A stretch of DNA of 64,000 bases from an uncultured Spirochaetaceae bacterium (GCA_964397655.1 CAYNKA010000004.1:249413-313412), one strand, 5' to 3'; positions 25,742 to 37,610 are shown, counted from the first letter of the stretch. Notes: generated by a model not told the origin, from the letters alone. Program-made: numbers and translations.

Positions 25742-27373
25742 TTACGGGCGTCCAGTCCATCGACCGAAGGCCTCGGTGAAGAAGGGCGCGTGGTTCGATC
25801 CGAAGTACGGAGGCAGGCGCCGGACCAGAGGCGCGAGGGCCGGGTGCCGCTTGAACCGCCGCTCGATGAAATTCCGCGCCTCTCCGCGGTTCCATCCCCT
25901 GGGATGGACGAATTCGCTGTATAAGGAAAGGTCTCCCTCGTAGAACGGGGCGGTATCGAGGTCCCCGGCGAGTTCGCTCCCGCGCGGCAGGTTGAAGATC
26001 GCGAGGTTGAGAAAGCCGATGCAGTCGGCGTGGACCGCCGCGAATTCGAGGGTGCTTTCCGCCTCCTCCGGCCCCTCGGCCGGCGTCCCGAAGAGCAGGT
26101 ACACGAATGCGGAGATGCCGGCCGCATGCAGGCTGCGGAGGACCCGTGACGCGCTTCCCACCGTGGTTCCTTTTTCCATGGAATCCAACACGGCCTGACT
26201 GCCCGACTCGATCCCGAGCTTCAGCATGACGCAACCGGCCTTCGCAAGGGCCCTGCAGAACTCCTCGTCCTCCAGGGCGGGATCGACGCGCGCGAAGCCG
26301 TACCAGGGGACTTCGGGCGGCCGTTCCGCGAGGGTCTTGAGAAGGGCCGGGCTCATCTCGCTGTCCAGAAAGTGGATGAGGACGGGGGATGTCGCTTTTA
26401 CGAGCGCTTCCAGTGCTTCCGGGACCTTCGCCGCGGGGACGGAGGAATAAGGGGAATTCTCCGCTTTTTCGGGACAGAAGGCGCATTTTCTCCATGCACA
26501 GCCCGAGGATGCGGCATAGGGGAGGATGAAACCGGGGGCGAGGTAGGGAAGACCCGCGAAATCGGCGTAATCGGGCGTGAAAAACCTTCCTCCGTCCCCG
26601 CGACCTCCGTCCCCGGAGCCTTCCTCCGTCCCTCGGGCGAGGCCGAGAAGCGGCCTCTCTCCGGGGCCCTCCACGAGAAGGTCGAAGGCCCCGGCGAAGG
26701 GCCTGTCGAAACCGGGAAGCCGGAGCCAGGACGTGACGAGGCTTCCGCCGAGGACGAGCCTTGTTTCGGGCGAGCGCGACCGAATGAGGCCCGCGATCGC
26801 GAAGGCGGGGAGGGCCTGGCTCAGGAACGAGAGGGAAATCCCCGCGATCCGGGGCGCTCCGGCTTCGAGAAGCTTGTCCGTCGCGCGGTCGAGGAAGGGG
26901 AAAAGAGGGCTCGATTCGGGCTTTTCGAAGACTGCGAGAAGGTCTCCGCTCCGGAGAGGGCTGCGGCCTGCCTCCTCGTAGTCGCAGAGGGACAGCCGCG
27001 AGGCGCGCGCAGCGGAGCCTCGGCTCCAGGCCGAGGAGTCTCCGAGCCCGCCGGATCGAAAGCGGATTATCCGGTTCAGGTCCTCGACCGCTCGCACGTA
27101 TCTCGGGAAATTCCGGTAGCCGGCCGGGCTTGCGAGGAGGTCGAAGCTGCGCAAGCGGTTCTTGAACGCTCGCCGGGTCCATGTGTCGCGGGCAGGCTCT
27201 TCGGGATCGCGGAGCATGGAGTCTAGGGTCAGGAAGGCGAGGTCCGCCGCGCTGCAGGCGAAGCCTCCGTCCCTGAGGGCCCCCGCGAGGCGGGCGATTC
27301 CGGCCGGCGCCTCGCAGGGCTTCGCCGACGGCGGATTGAGGAGAAGAACGGAGGCTTTCGGAGGGGCGGTCAT
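25742..27373 (-). CDS. Radical SAM protein with N-terminal B12-binding-like domain
   Basis: CAWRKCAFC (CxxxCxxC), GC..LKLGIESGS and Y.LFGTP.E. The N-terminus has LLNPP..P..AP.GIA.L.GALR. Confidence 0.82.
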   Translation of the reverse strand: MTAPPKASVLLLNPPSAKPCEAPAGIARLAGALRDGGFACSAADLAFLTLDSMLRDPEEPARDTWTRRAFKNRLRSFDLLASPAGYRNFPRYVRAVEDLNRIIRFRSGGLGDSSAWSRGSAARASRLSLCDYEEAGRSPLRSGDLLAVFEKPESSPLFPFLDRATDKLLEAGAPRIAGISLSFLSQALPAFAIAGLIRSRSPETRLVLGGSLVTSWLRLPGFDRPFAGAFDLLVEGPGERPLLGLARGTEEGSGDGGRGDGGRFFTPDYADFAGLPYLAPGFILPYAASSGCAWRKCAFCPEKAENSPYSSVPAAKVPEALEALVKATSPVLIHFLDSEMSPALLKTLAERPPEVPWYGFARVDPALEDEEFCRALAKAGCVMLKLGIESGSQAVLDSMEKGTTVGSASRVLRSLHAAGISAFVYLLFGTPAEGPEEAESTLEFAAVHADCIGFLNLAIFNLPRGSELAGDLDTAPFYEGDLSLYSEFVHPRGWNRGEARNFIERRFKRHPALAPLVRRLPPYFGSNHAPFFTEAFGRWTGRP

Positions 27374-27388
27374 CGGCGGTCCCGGACC

Positions 27389-28486
27389 TCAGTCCAGAAA
27401 CACGATGTCTTCGGGCCGGGCGACGACGTCGCGTTTCTTCGCCCCGAGCTGTTTCCGTATCTCAGAGCTGTGCTTCCCGAGGAGGCTCTTGAGTTCCGTG
27501 GAGTTGAGGCCCGTGACGATCTTCGCGACGTCGTTCACCGATACGATGTCGCCCGCGGCGAACACGCCCTGGACCTCGTGGACGCCCGAGGGCAGGAGAC
27601 TCTTGTGCGCGCGAAGGGCCTTGATGGCGCCCTCGTCCACGATGATTTTTCCCTCTGGCGCCGCGTTGATGATCCAGCGTTCGCGGGCCGCGAGCTTCTC
27701 CTGCGCGAGGAAGAGGGTTCCGATCTCCTCGCCCGAGAGGATGCGGGCGAGCACGTCCTTCTCCCTCCCGTGGGCAAGGACCATGCGGCAGCCCGCCCTT
27801 GCCGCGATCTGGGCCGCGAGGACCTTGGTTTTCATCCCGCCTGTGGAGAAGGTGCTTCCAGCCGCTCCCGCGCATGCGAGGATCTCGTCGGTCACCTTCT
27901 TCACGAGCCGTATCGGCTTGGCATCGGGATGTTCCTTCGGGTTCGCGTCGTAGAGCGCATCGATGTCGGTGAGGAGGATGAGGAGATCAGCGTCCACCTT
28001 GCTCGCCACGAGGGCGGAGAGACGGTCGTTGTCGCCGAAGGCGTTGCCGATCTCCGCGGTGGAAATCGAGTCGTTCTCGTTGAAGATCGGCACCACACCG
28101 AGGGAAAGGAGGGTGTCGACGCTGTTCCTGAGGTTGAGGTAGCTTTTCCGGTTGTTGAGCACCTCGCGCGTGAGCAGGATCTGTGCGGTGACCATGCCGT
28201 ATTCCCGGAAGATCTCCTTGTACTCCTTCATGAGGAGCGGCTGGCCGATGGAGGCGCAGGCCTGGCGCATCTTCACGCTCGTGATCTTCTCGCGGATGCC
28301 GAGCTCGCCGGCCCCCATCCCGATCGCGCCGGAGGTGACCACGAGCACCTTTCTTCCGGCCTCGACGAGTCCGGCGATCTGGCCGGCCATGGTCCTGAGG
28401 TAGCCCGTGTCCACGCTGTGGTTCTTCGAGAGGAGGTTCGTCCCGATCTTGATGACGACCCTTTCGGCTTTCTTGAAATTCCTCAT
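27389..28486 (-). CDS. proB: Glutamate 5-kinase with PUA domain
   Basis: VIKIGT, VTSGAIG, NENDSIS, FGDNDRLSA and TGGMKTK motifs. Confidence 0.96.
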   Translation of the reverse strand: MRNFKKAERVVIKIGTNLLSKNHSVDTGYLRTMAGQIAGLVEAGRKVLVVTSGAIGMGAGELGIREKITSVKMRQACASIGQPLLMKEYKEIFREYGMVTAQILLTREVLNNRKSYLNLRNSVDTLLSLGVVPIFNENDSISTAEIGNAFGDNDRLSALVASKVDADLLILLTDIDALYDANPKEHPDAKPIRLVKKVTDEILACAGAAGSTFSTGGMKTKVLAAQIAARAGCRMVLAHGREKDVLARILSGEEIGTLFLAQEKLAARERWIINAAPEGKIIVDEGAIKALRAHKSLLPSGVHEVQGVFAAGDIVSVNDVAKIVTGLNSTELKSLLGKHSSEIRKQLGAKKRDVVARPEDIVFLD

Positions 28487-29769
28487 GTCGTGAGATCCCG
28501 GTGCGTGTAGGTTTTCGCGTCCGGCCCCGAGTAGTCCGCGACGATCTGGCCGGAGCCGAAGAGGCGCCACTTGTAGATGACGAGGCCCTCCAGGCCCACG
28601 GGCCCCCTGGCGTGCAGCTTGCCCGTGGAGATGCCGACCTCCGCGCCCAGGCCGTAGCGGTAGCCGTCGGCGAATCGGGTGGAGGCGTTCCAGATCACGT
28701 CAGCCGAGTCCACCCGGTCCATGAACCGGAGGGCCTTTTCGCGGGAACGAGTGGCGATCGCGTCGGTGTGGCGCGAGCCGTAGATGTTGATATGGTCGAC
28801 GGCTTCATCCAGCGATCCGACGATCTTGATCGAAAGAATGTAATCGAGGTATTCGGTCTTCCAGTCCTCCTCGGTCGCGGGCGAGCAGGGGATGATTTTC
28901 CGGGTCTCGTCGCAGCCTCGGAGTTCCACGTGCTTCTCGTCCATCGCCTTCTTGAGGAGGGGAAGGTATTCCGCCGCCGCGCCTCGGTGCACGAGGAGGG
29001 TCTCGATCGCGTTGCAGACCGCGACGTACTGGGTCTTGGAGTCCACGGCGAGCCGGACCGCCATCGCGCGATCCGCGTCCTCGTCTACGTAGAGGTGGCA
29101 GAGGCCGTCGGCGTGTCCCATGACCGGGATGAGGGTGTTCTTCATGATGTGCCGGACGAACTCGTTCGATCCCCGGGGGATTATGAGATCGATGGACGAG
29201 TGGAGGGCGAGCATCTCGTTCACCTCCTCCCGTGTTTCGAGGAGATGGATCCAGCCTTCCGGGAGTCCGGCCTTCGCCGAGGCTTCGGCGATCGTGTCGG
29301 CGAGAACGCGGTTCGTCTCCAGGGCCTCCCTGCCTCCCTTGAGGATTACGGCGTTCCCGCTTTTCAGGCAGAGCGTGGAAATCTGGACAAGGGCGTCCGG
29401 CCGGGACTCGAAGATCACGCCGATGACGCCGATGGGGCAGGTGGTCCGGTAGAGCTCGAGCCCCGCGTCGAGTTCTCGGGCGGAAAGCACGCGCCCTACG
29501 GGGTCCGGGAGGCCGAGGAGGCTGTCGATGCCGTCGCAGACGCCGGCGAGCTTCTGTCCGTCGAATCTGAGCCGCGCGAGGAGGGGCGGCGCGAGTCCTT
29601 CCTGCTCCGACCGTTCGAGGTCCTTCCGGTTCGCTTCGAGGACGGACTCCCGGCGTGAAAGGAGGGCGGCGCGGATTTCCCCGAGTGCGCTGTTTTTCGT
29701 CTCGGCTCCGAGCGAACCGAGGACGACCGAGGCTTTTTTCGCGGCCTTCGCCGCATCTTCGCATCTCAT
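28483..29769 (-). CDS. proA: Gamma-glutamyl phosphate reductase
   Basis: PIGVIGVIFESRP, LKSGNAVILKGG, PRGS, VCNAIETLL and GAEVGIST.KLHARGP.GL motifs. Confidence 0.97.
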   Translation of the reverse strand: MRCEDAAKAAKKASVVLGSLGAETKNSALGEIRAALLSRRESVLEANRKDLERSEQEGLAPPLLARLRFDGQKLAGVCDGIDSLLGLPDPVGRVLSARELDAGLELYRTTCPIGVIGVIFESRPDALVQISTLCLKSGNAVILKGGREALETNRVLADTIAEASAKAGLPEGWIHLLETREEVNEMLALHSSIDLIIPRGSNEFVRHIMKNTLIPVMGHADGLCHLYVDEDADRAMAVRLAVDSKTQYVAVCNAIETLLVHRGAAAEYLPLLKKAMDEKHVELRGCDETRKIIPCSPATEEDWKTEYLDYILSIKIVGSLDEAVDHINIYGSRHTDAIATRSREKALRFMDRVDSADVIWNASTRFADGYRYGLGAEVGISTGKLHARGPVGLEGLVIYKWRLFGSGQIVADYSGPDAKTYTHRDLTT

Positions 29770-29855
29770 TGCAGGTTACTTTAACGCTTCCCGGGGGCGA
29801 AGAACAAGACGTGATCCCGTCCGAATGAATCGCCGCCGCTTCCGAACGTTTTTTC

Positions 29856-29884
29856 TTGACCTGGATATTGCCATGCTTTACAAT
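29856..29884 (+). promoter_or_regulatory. Sigma70 promoter of the GntR-MBL-TRAP operon
   Basis: TTGACC, 17 bp spacer, TACAAT. Confidence 0.65.
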
Positions 29885-29931
29885 CAATCTCATCGACTCA
29901 GCGGACGTCTGATAAGTAGCGAGGATCCTCT

Positions 29932-30642
29932 GTGCAACCATTGAAGACTGTACGATTGTCCGAACGTGTATGCGAGGTCTTGAAGAAGCTCATCACGGAA
30001 GAGGGATTCAAGCCCGGGGACAAATTCTATTCGGAAAACGAGCTCACGAAAAGACTGCAGGTGAGCCGCTCGTCCGTAAGGGAGGCGGTGCGCATACTCG
30101 AGGCTACCGGCTTGGTGAGGGTCGAGCACGGCAAGGGCATATTCGTTTCGGATCCGAGCTACCAGGGCTTCGACGCCTTCTCGAGCTGGCTCGCCGACAA
30201 CAAGGAAGGAATCCTGGAACATTTCGAAGTGAGGCTCCTCATCGATCCGAAGGCCGCCGCCTACGCCGCGAGGAACGCGGAGGAGGAAGACCTGGCCGCG
30301 TTGGACGCTGTCTGCGCGGAATTCAAGCGGAGCGCCGAGACGGGGAACACCGAAGAATTGATCAAGATCGACGAGCAGTTTCATTCCACCATCGCGAAAT
30401 CTACGAAGAACAGGACCCTGTCCGTCCTGATGAAGACGATGACGAAGCTGCTCCACGAAGGTTGGATCTCCAGCCTCCATGTTCCCGGCAGGGTGGGGAA
30501 AACCGTGAAGGAGCATTGCAGGATCGTGGACGCCATCAGGAGCCGCGACTCCGAAAAGGCGGAACGGGCGATGGTCGATCATCTGCAGAAGGCTCTCAAG
30601 GACATTCAGGCGTCCATGAAAGAGGGGAATCATGCCGGTTAG
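29932..30642 (+). CDS. FadR/GntR family regulator (FCD domain)
   Basis: PGDK..SENEL...LQVSRSSVREA HTH and D..FH..IA..T.N. Confidence 0.92.
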   Translation: MQPLKTVRLSERVCEVLKKLITEEGFKPGDKFYSENELTKRLQVSRSSVREAVRILEATGLVRVEHGKGIFVSDPSYQGFDAFSSWLADNKEGILEHFEVRLLIDPKAAAYAARNAEEEDLAALDAVCAEFKRSAETGNTEELIKIDEQFHSTIAKSTKNRTLSVLMKTMTKLLHEGWISSLHVPGRVGKTVKEHCRIVDAIRSRDSEKAERAMVDHLQKALKDIQASMKEGNHAG

Positions 30643-31462
30643 GGTCGTCACGCTTGTGGAGAACTCCGGAGGAGAGCATCTCGCGCTTCTGCACGAACAT
30701 GGGCTTTCCTTCTACGTGGAAAAGGACGGACGGAAACTGCTCTTCGACCTCGGGCAGTCCGACGCCTTCCTGAAGAACGCCGGGAAGTTGAACATCGATC
30801 TTTCCGACGTGGAGTTCGTCGTTGCGAGCCACGGCCACTACGATCATTCCGGCGGCCTGCGGTCCCTCGTCGGGGTCGCGAAGCGTTTCACGTTCGCGGC
30901 GGGCAGGGGGTTCTTCGACGGGAAGTACGCGACGGACGGCTTCGCGTACGAATTCCTCGGCAACGATTTCGACGAAGGTTTTCTCGACGGGAACGGAATC
31001 CCGCGGCGCACGATCGGTGTCGGCAAGGAGGAAATCCTCCCCGGAGTTTTCGTCCTCTCCGGCTTCCCCCGCGTCCACGCGGACGAGGTCGTCAATCCCC
31101 GCTTCAGGCTGTTGAGGAACGGAAAGTTCGAAGCGGACGCCTTCGAGGACGAGGTGCTTCTCGCGATCGATGCCGGGAAGGGGATGGTTGTATTGCTGGG
31201 TTGCTCGCATCCGGGCTTGAAGAACATGCTCGACGCCGTGAAAGCGTCCTTTCCGAAACCGATCCTCGCGATCCTGGGAGGGACGCATCTCGTGGAGGCG
31301 TCCGCCGGGAGCCTGGAACGCTCGCTCGCCTACCTCGACGCGTTGTCCGCGGGCGTCCTGGGGTTGTCGCACTGCACGGGCAAGACCGCCGTGGACCGGA
31401 TCGCCGCATCCCCTCTCCGGCAGTTCCGCAACGGAACGGGACGCATGCTGGCGTTCGACTGA
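30632..31462 (+). CDS. MBL-fold metallo-hydrolase
   Basis: EHGLSF, LFDLG, SHGHYDHSGG, GCSHPG, GGTHL and HCTG motifs. Confidence 0.88.
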   Translation: MPVRVVTLVENSGGEHLALLHEHGLSFYVEKDGRKLLFDLGQSDAFLKNAGKLNIDLSDVEFVVASHGHYDHSGGLRSLVGVAKRFTFAAGRGFFDGKYATDGFAYEFLGNDFDEGFLDGNGIPRRTIGVGKEEILPGVFVLSGFPRVHADEVVNPRFRLLRNGKFEADAFEDEVLLAIDAGKGMVVLLGCSHPGLKNMLDAVKASFPKPILAILGGTHLVEASAGSLERSLAYLDALSAGVLGLSHCTGKTAVDRIAASPLRQFRNGTGRMLAFD

Positions 31463-31529
31463 TTCGCGCATAGGGGACCGGGCCTCGCCCTGTCCTTGAA
31501 ATATGCAACGTCAAACAGGAGGAAGTATC

Positions 31530-32600
31530 ATGATGAAACGAAAATCGCTGTCGGTGTTCCTGATCGCCGCGAGCCTGGTCGTCGCGCTGGTTTCATGCCA
31601 GAAGAGCGAACCCGCCAAGGCGGCCGGAGCGGCGGCTCCCGCCGAGAAGATCGTCTGGAAATCGTCGGGCCACGGACCCGCGAGCGATCCCTCGCAGATT
31701 TTCCACGACAACGCGTGCAAGGAGATCACGCAGGCCTCGGGCGGAAGGCTGGAAGTGAAGCCCTTCGTCGGCGGCTCGGTCGTTCCTGCGTACAAGGAAC
31801 TCGACGCCGTCCATGAGAACGCGCTTCAGATGGCCTACACCTGCCCGATGTACAGCCTGGACAAGTGGCCTGCGGCAGGCCTCATCAGCTCCCGACCCGG
31901 CGCGCTCGCGGGCGAGGCGCTCAGGTCCTGGTTCAACTACGCGGGCGGAGCGGACCTCATGAACAAGATGATGGAAGGCTACAACGTGATGACTTTCCCG
32001 GGCGCGCTTTCTCCGCTGCCGGAAGAGGTGTTCTTCCATTCCAAGAAGAAGATCGAGAAGGTAGCCGACCTCAAGGGACTCAGGGCGCGGTGCATGGGCG
32101 ACGGCGGCGAAGTCATGAAACGGCTCGGCTGCGCGGTCGTCATCATCCCCGGCGGGGAGGTGTACGAGGCCATGAAGCGCGGAGTCATCGACGCCTTCGA
32201 ATATTCGACGCTCGCATCGAACTGGAACATGCACTTCAACGAGGTCGCCAAGTACGTTATCATTTCCCCGGTCCGCGCCCCGAGCGATCCCCAGGTGTTC
32301 TTCGTGAACAAGGACGCCTGGAACAAGCTTCCCGACGATCTCAAGGTCCTCGTGAAGGCGGTCATCGACAAGTGGACCCAGGCGGAGCACGAATACCTCG
32401 TCGCCGAATCGATCAAGGCCGTGGACAAGTTCAAACAGGCAGGCTGCGAAGTCTACAAGCTGCCCAAGGCCGTCGAAGACGCGGTGGCGTCGGAAGCGGA
32501 GAAATTCTACGCTGAAAAAGCGGCCAAAGAGAAACCCATCTTCGCGGAAATCCTGAACTCCATGAAGGCCTACGGTCAGGCCTATGCCGCGATGAAGTGA
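31530..32600 (+). CDS. dctP: TRAP substrate-binding lipoprotein (DctP/TakP-like)
   Basis: Lipobox LVSC, ASGGRLEVKPF, DLKGLRAR and GGEVYEAMKRGVIDAFE. Confidence 0.88.
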   Translation: MMKRKSLSVFLIAASLVVALVSCQKSEPAKAAGAAAPAEKIVWKSSGHGPASDPSQIFHDNACKEITQASGGRLEVKPFVGGSVVPAYKELDAVHENALQMAYTCPMYSLDKWPAAGLISSRPGALAGEALRSWFNYAGGADLMNKMMEGYNVMTFPGALSPLPEEVFFHSKKKIEKVADLKGLRARCMGDGGEVMKRLGCAVVIIPGGEVYEAMKRGVIDAFEYSTLASNWNMHFNEVAKYVIISPVRAPSDPQVFFVNKDAWNKLPDDLKVLVKAVIDKWTQAEHEYLVAESIKAVDKFKQAGCEVYKLPKAVEDAVASEAEKFYAEKAAKEKPIFAEILNSMKAYGQAYAAMK

Positions 32601-32625
32601 GATCCTGCCCCGTCAAGGAGGAGAC

Positions 32626-33136
32626 ATGGGAATTATCGTTAAGATCATCAAATTCTTCGATTTCTTGAGCGAGAAATCCGGTACTTATGGGAAATGGGCG
32701 GCCTTCCTCCTTGTGCTCGTGGGTACCTACGATACCATCGCCCGCCACTTCTTCAATGCCCCCACGGTGTGGGGGTACGATATGATCTGCATGCTCGGCG
32801 GGGCGATGTATCTTTTGGGGGCTTCCTACGATTACTTTCACGAGGCTCACACGCGGGTCGACCTGCTCTACAACCTGCTCAAGCCGCGCTGGAGGGCCTT
32901 GTTGAACGTGATCGCATCGCTGGTGCTGTTTTTCCCTTTGATGACGATCATGTTGAAATTGGCAGTCGAATGGGCGATCAAGGCCTGGAAGGTGAACGAG
33001 GTCATGTTCACGAGCATCTGGTATCCTCCGGCCCTTCCGTACAGGTCGGTGTTCGCCCTCGGACTTCTACTCCTCGTGCTGCAAGGAATATCGAAGTTCG
33101 TCAAAGACCTGTATTTCGTAATACGAGGAAAACAAA

Positions 33137-33144
<8 letters not shown>
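32626..33144 (+). CDS. dctQ: TRAP small permease
   Basis: Four TM segments, R..FNAPTVW and H.RVD.LY. Confidence 0.88.
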
Positions 33145-34480
<1,336 letters not shown>

Positions 34481-34546
34481 GCGCCCGGGGGAGCCTTCGT
34501 CCGAAAGCCCTCTTCCGCCGATTCATGTCCGCAGCTGTCGAACGCA

Positions 34547-34582
34547 CGGCCGCCCTCCCCCGGGAGGGCGGCCGCTCTTTTT
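34547..34582 (+). terminator. Rho-independent terminator after dctM
   Basis: CGGCCGCCCTCC-CCCG-GGAGGGCGGCCG followed by CTCTTTTT. Confidence 0.7.
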
Positions 34583-34612
34583 CCCTTTCTGCAGGGCGTG
34601 TATAATCCCCGC

Positions 34613-35656
34613 ATGAATGCAGTCCGAAAATCAGGTCTACTCCTCGGCCTCGATATCGGCGGAACGAAGTGCACCGTTGTCCTCGCCGGGGCGGACGGAA
34701 GACCGATTGCTTCGCGCGCTCTGCCTACTTCCAGGGACCGGGATCCGTACGGAACGCTCGCCCGCCTTCTCGACGCGGCAGCTGCCCTCCTATCCGGTCG
34801 CGATTCGGAGATCGGAGCAGTCGCGCGGATCGGCATAAGCTGCGGCGGGCCGCTCGACGCGGAAAAGGGGCTCGTCCTCTCGCCGCCCAACCTCCCGGGC
34901 TGGGACGAGTTCCCGATCGCGAGGCTCGTCGCCGAGCGGTTCCCCGAGGCGGTGGTCTTCCTGGAGAACGACGCGAACGCCTCGGCCCTCGCGGAATGGA
35001 AGTACGGCGCGGGCGTCGGGAGCCGCAACATGGTCTTCCTCACCTTCGGTACCGGCCTCGGGGCGGGTCTCATCCTGGACGGAAAGCTCTACGCGGGGAC
35101 CAACGGCCTCGCCGGGGAGATCGGCCACTGGCGCATGGCGGAGGACGGGCCCGAGGCCTACGGCAAGCGGGGCTCCTTCGAGGGTTTCTGCAGCGGAACG
35201 GGAATCGCCCGGCTCGCGGAATTGCGTCTCGGGGAGTTCGCGGCATCGGGCGGGAACTCGGCCCGCGATGGGGCGGCGGCCAGCGCTTCGAGGTCTTCGC
35301 TCCGCACGGCGGCAGCGGAGGGACGCCTAACGGCGAAGGACGTCGCCGAGGCCGCCGGGGCGGGAGACGAGCTCGCGTGCAGGGTCGTGGAGGAGTCAGC
35401 CCGGACGCTCGGTCGAGGGCTCGCTCTCCTCGTCGACCTGCTCAACCCGGAGGTGATCGTGATCGGGAGCGTCTACGCCAGGAACGAGGCCCTCTTCAAG
35501 GGCCTCGTCGCGGAAGAAATCCGACGGGAAGCCCTCGGCCTCGCCGCATCGGCCTGCAGAGTCGTGCCCGCGAAGCTGGGCGAGGAGCTTCCGCTCTACG
35601 CCCCCGTCGCGGTCGCCCTGGAAGCCGTCGGGGAGGCGAAGCCTTCCTCGCCGTGA
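34613..35656 (+). CDS. ROK-family sugar kinase
   Basis: GLDIGGTK, ENDANA.ALAE, TFGTGLGAG, GEIGH and G..GSFEGFCSG motifs. Confidence 0.9.
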   Translation: MNAVRKSGLLLGLDIGGTKCTVVLAGADGRPIASRALPTSRDRDPYGTLARLLDAAAALLSGRDSEIGAVARIGISCGGPLDAEKGLVLSPPNLPGWDEFPIARLVAERFPEAVVFLENDANASALAEWKYGAGVGSRNMVFLTFGTGLGAGLILDGKLYAGTNGLAGEIGHWRMAEDGPEAYGKRGSFEGFCSGTGIARLAELRLGEFAASGGNSARDGAAASASRSSLRTAAAEGRLTAKDVAEAAGAGDELACRVVEESARTLGRGLALLVDLLNPEVIVIGSVYARNEALFKGLVAEEIRREALGLAASACRVVPAKLGEELPLYAPVAVALEAVGEAKPSSP

Positions 35657-35705
35657 ATGACCGCGCCTCCCGGATCATTTCACTGCGCCCGCGTCCCTGC
35701 CTGCC

Positions 35706-37610
35706 TTAGGGAGCGGACTTCGTCTTCGAGGCCGCGTTCGCCTTTTCGTCCGCCCTCTTCAGTATTTCGAGCATGACCTGTTCGTCCACGAGCCACTTCG
35801 CCTGCAACTCCCGCACCTCTTCCTTCGCTCCCAGCTGGGCGAGGAACTCCAGGGCGTCGAAGGCCTTCTGTTTCTCCTTCAGCGACCAAAGAATGGAACA
35901 GGCCTCCTTCAGGTCCTTGATCCAGTACGACCTCGAGGCGATGAAGCTTTCCTTCGCGGCTTCGTATTTTTTCTTGTATTCCTGGATCGAGAATCCCGAC
36001 TTGACGTTGGCCGCCATGACCGCCAGGTACAGGTTCATCTGGGACACTTGCTTGTCGTACGAATCCTCCGCGTTCTTGTGCATGGTCTCGGCGACGCGCA
36101 GCTGCGACGGGCGGTCGCCGATTCGCCCGTAGTACTCCGCCGCCTTGACGAAACGCTTGCTCTTTTCACACATCGCGGCGAAGCGGGAGCACATCGTCTT
36201 CTCATCGACGCCGAACGCCCGTGAGTAGCCTTCCATGCGTTCGAATTGATCGTAGGCGTCGTAAGCGACCGTGATGCATTTATTATAAAGATCGATGTTC
36301 TTCAGGGCCGTCGCTATCGCCGCCGCCGCGTCCGTGTCGAGAAGATAAGCCGCCTTTTTCTTTTTGTATTCTTCGCTGGAAAGCGAGTAGCTCCTCGATT
36401 GCACCCTTGCCGCGTCCGAGGCCCATTCGGTCGCGGCCTTTTCCATCTTCGCCCTGTCACCTGACAGGATGAGGTACTTGGCGACGACCGTGGATGCGTC
36501 CTTGCGATTTTCTGCGACGCGCGAAAGGGTGAGTCCGTATTCCGAAGCGGGGATGCCGTCTTCCTTGAAAAGGGCTTCGGCGGCGTCGTAGGCCCCTGTC
36601 AAGGCAATGCTTATGGGGATGATTTCCAGCCATTCCTTGAAATCCTTGTTTTTGGGATCCTTGGCGGCTTCCTTCTTGTAGTAGGCATGGATGTACCGGG
36701 CCGATTCGAGATCCGCCTTGTCCCCGAGGCGGGCGTCCAGGGCGTAGTTCACAAGCGCCTTCGCGGTATTCTGAACGTACTTTTCGTCCCCGAGGGAAAC
36801 CGCGAGCGTGAAGGCCTTCCGGGCGAAGGCGGCGGCCGAGAGGAGCCGTGCCTCGATTCCGGCCCTGCCCTTCGCCTGCCTTTCGGGTTTCCTTTCCGAT
36901 TTGATTTCGTAGGCTATCGCGTCGGCGCGCACCTTGAGGGACCATGCGGCCTGCATGTTCGCGATGCAGGTCAGTTCCAGCTTTTTCCTTTCATCGATCT
37001 TCGACCCTGCGATGATCTTCTCCGCTTCCTCGACGCGAAGATCTCCTCCCAGAAGATGGGCTGCCGCACGGGGGTACTCGAACGATTCGCCGGACCTTTT
37101 CAGCCTGTCCAGGGCGAAGGTTCGCGTCGCTTCGAAGGAGTTCCTGTCTTTTTCATAACCGTCGATCCGATCCTTCGACTGCAGCAATTCCTTGTCTTCC
37201 ACACGGCTGTTGAGGCGAAAGAGCTCCTGTTCGGCCTCCGAGGCGGCGACCGTGCCGATCTTCGCGTCGACTTTCTCCTGCGGAAGTCCCGCCAGCTTGA
37301 TGAACTTCTCGCCTTCCTCGTACTTCCTTTCGCGGATCCTGCCCTCGCCGAGCTTGACGAGAGCCTCCTTGGCCTGCGGCGTTCCGGCCCGCACGAGCAG
37401 ATCGGCCTTCTTCTCTGGACTGAAGTACCGGCTCTTCACCGCGATCTCGGTGAAGTATTCCGCCTGTTCGGGGCCTTTCGCGGTTTCCGCCAGGGACAAG
37501 GCCTTGTCGTAGTCTTCCTTCCCGACGGCCTCGGCGTACTGCTCCTGCAGAGTCGCGCAGGAACCGAGAAGAATCAACGAGGTGAAAAGAGACAGAAACA
37601 CTTTTCTCAT
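35706..37610 (-). CDS. Hypothetical all-alpha (TPR-like) lipoprotein
   Basis: MRKVFLSLFTSLILLGSC lipobox. 634 aa rich in Ala/Lys/Glu helical segments; no family recognised. Confidence 0.7.
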   Translation of the reverse strand: MRKVFLSLFTSLILLGSCATLQEQYAEAVGKEDYDKALSLAETAKGPEQAEYFTEIAVKSRYFSPEKKADLLVRAGTPQAKEALVKLGEGRIRERKYEEGEKFIKLAGLPQEKVDAKIGTVAASEAEQELFRLNSRVEDKELLQSKDRIDGYEKDRNSFEATRTFALDRLKRSGESFEYPRAAAHLLGGDLRVEEAEKIIAGSKIDERKKLELTCIANMQAAWSLKVRADAIAYEIKSERKPERQAKGRAGIEARLLSAAAFARKAFTLAVSLGDEKYVQNTAKALVNYALDARLGDKADLESARYIHAYYKKEAAKDPKNKDFKEWLEIIPISIALTGAYDAAEALFKEDGIPASEYGLTLSRVAENRKDASTVVAKYLILSGDRAKMEKAATEWASDAARVQSRSYSLSSEEYKKKKAAYLLDTDAAAAIATALKNIDLYNKCITVAYDAYDQFERMEGYSRAFGVDEKTMCSRFAAMCEKSKRFVKAAEYYGRIGDRPSQLRVAETMHKNAEDSYDKQVSQMNLYLAVMAANVKSGFSIQEYKKKYEAAKESFIASRSYWIKDLKEACSILWSLKEKQKAFDALEFLAQLGAKEEVRELQAKWLVDEQVMLEILKRADEKANAASKTKSAP

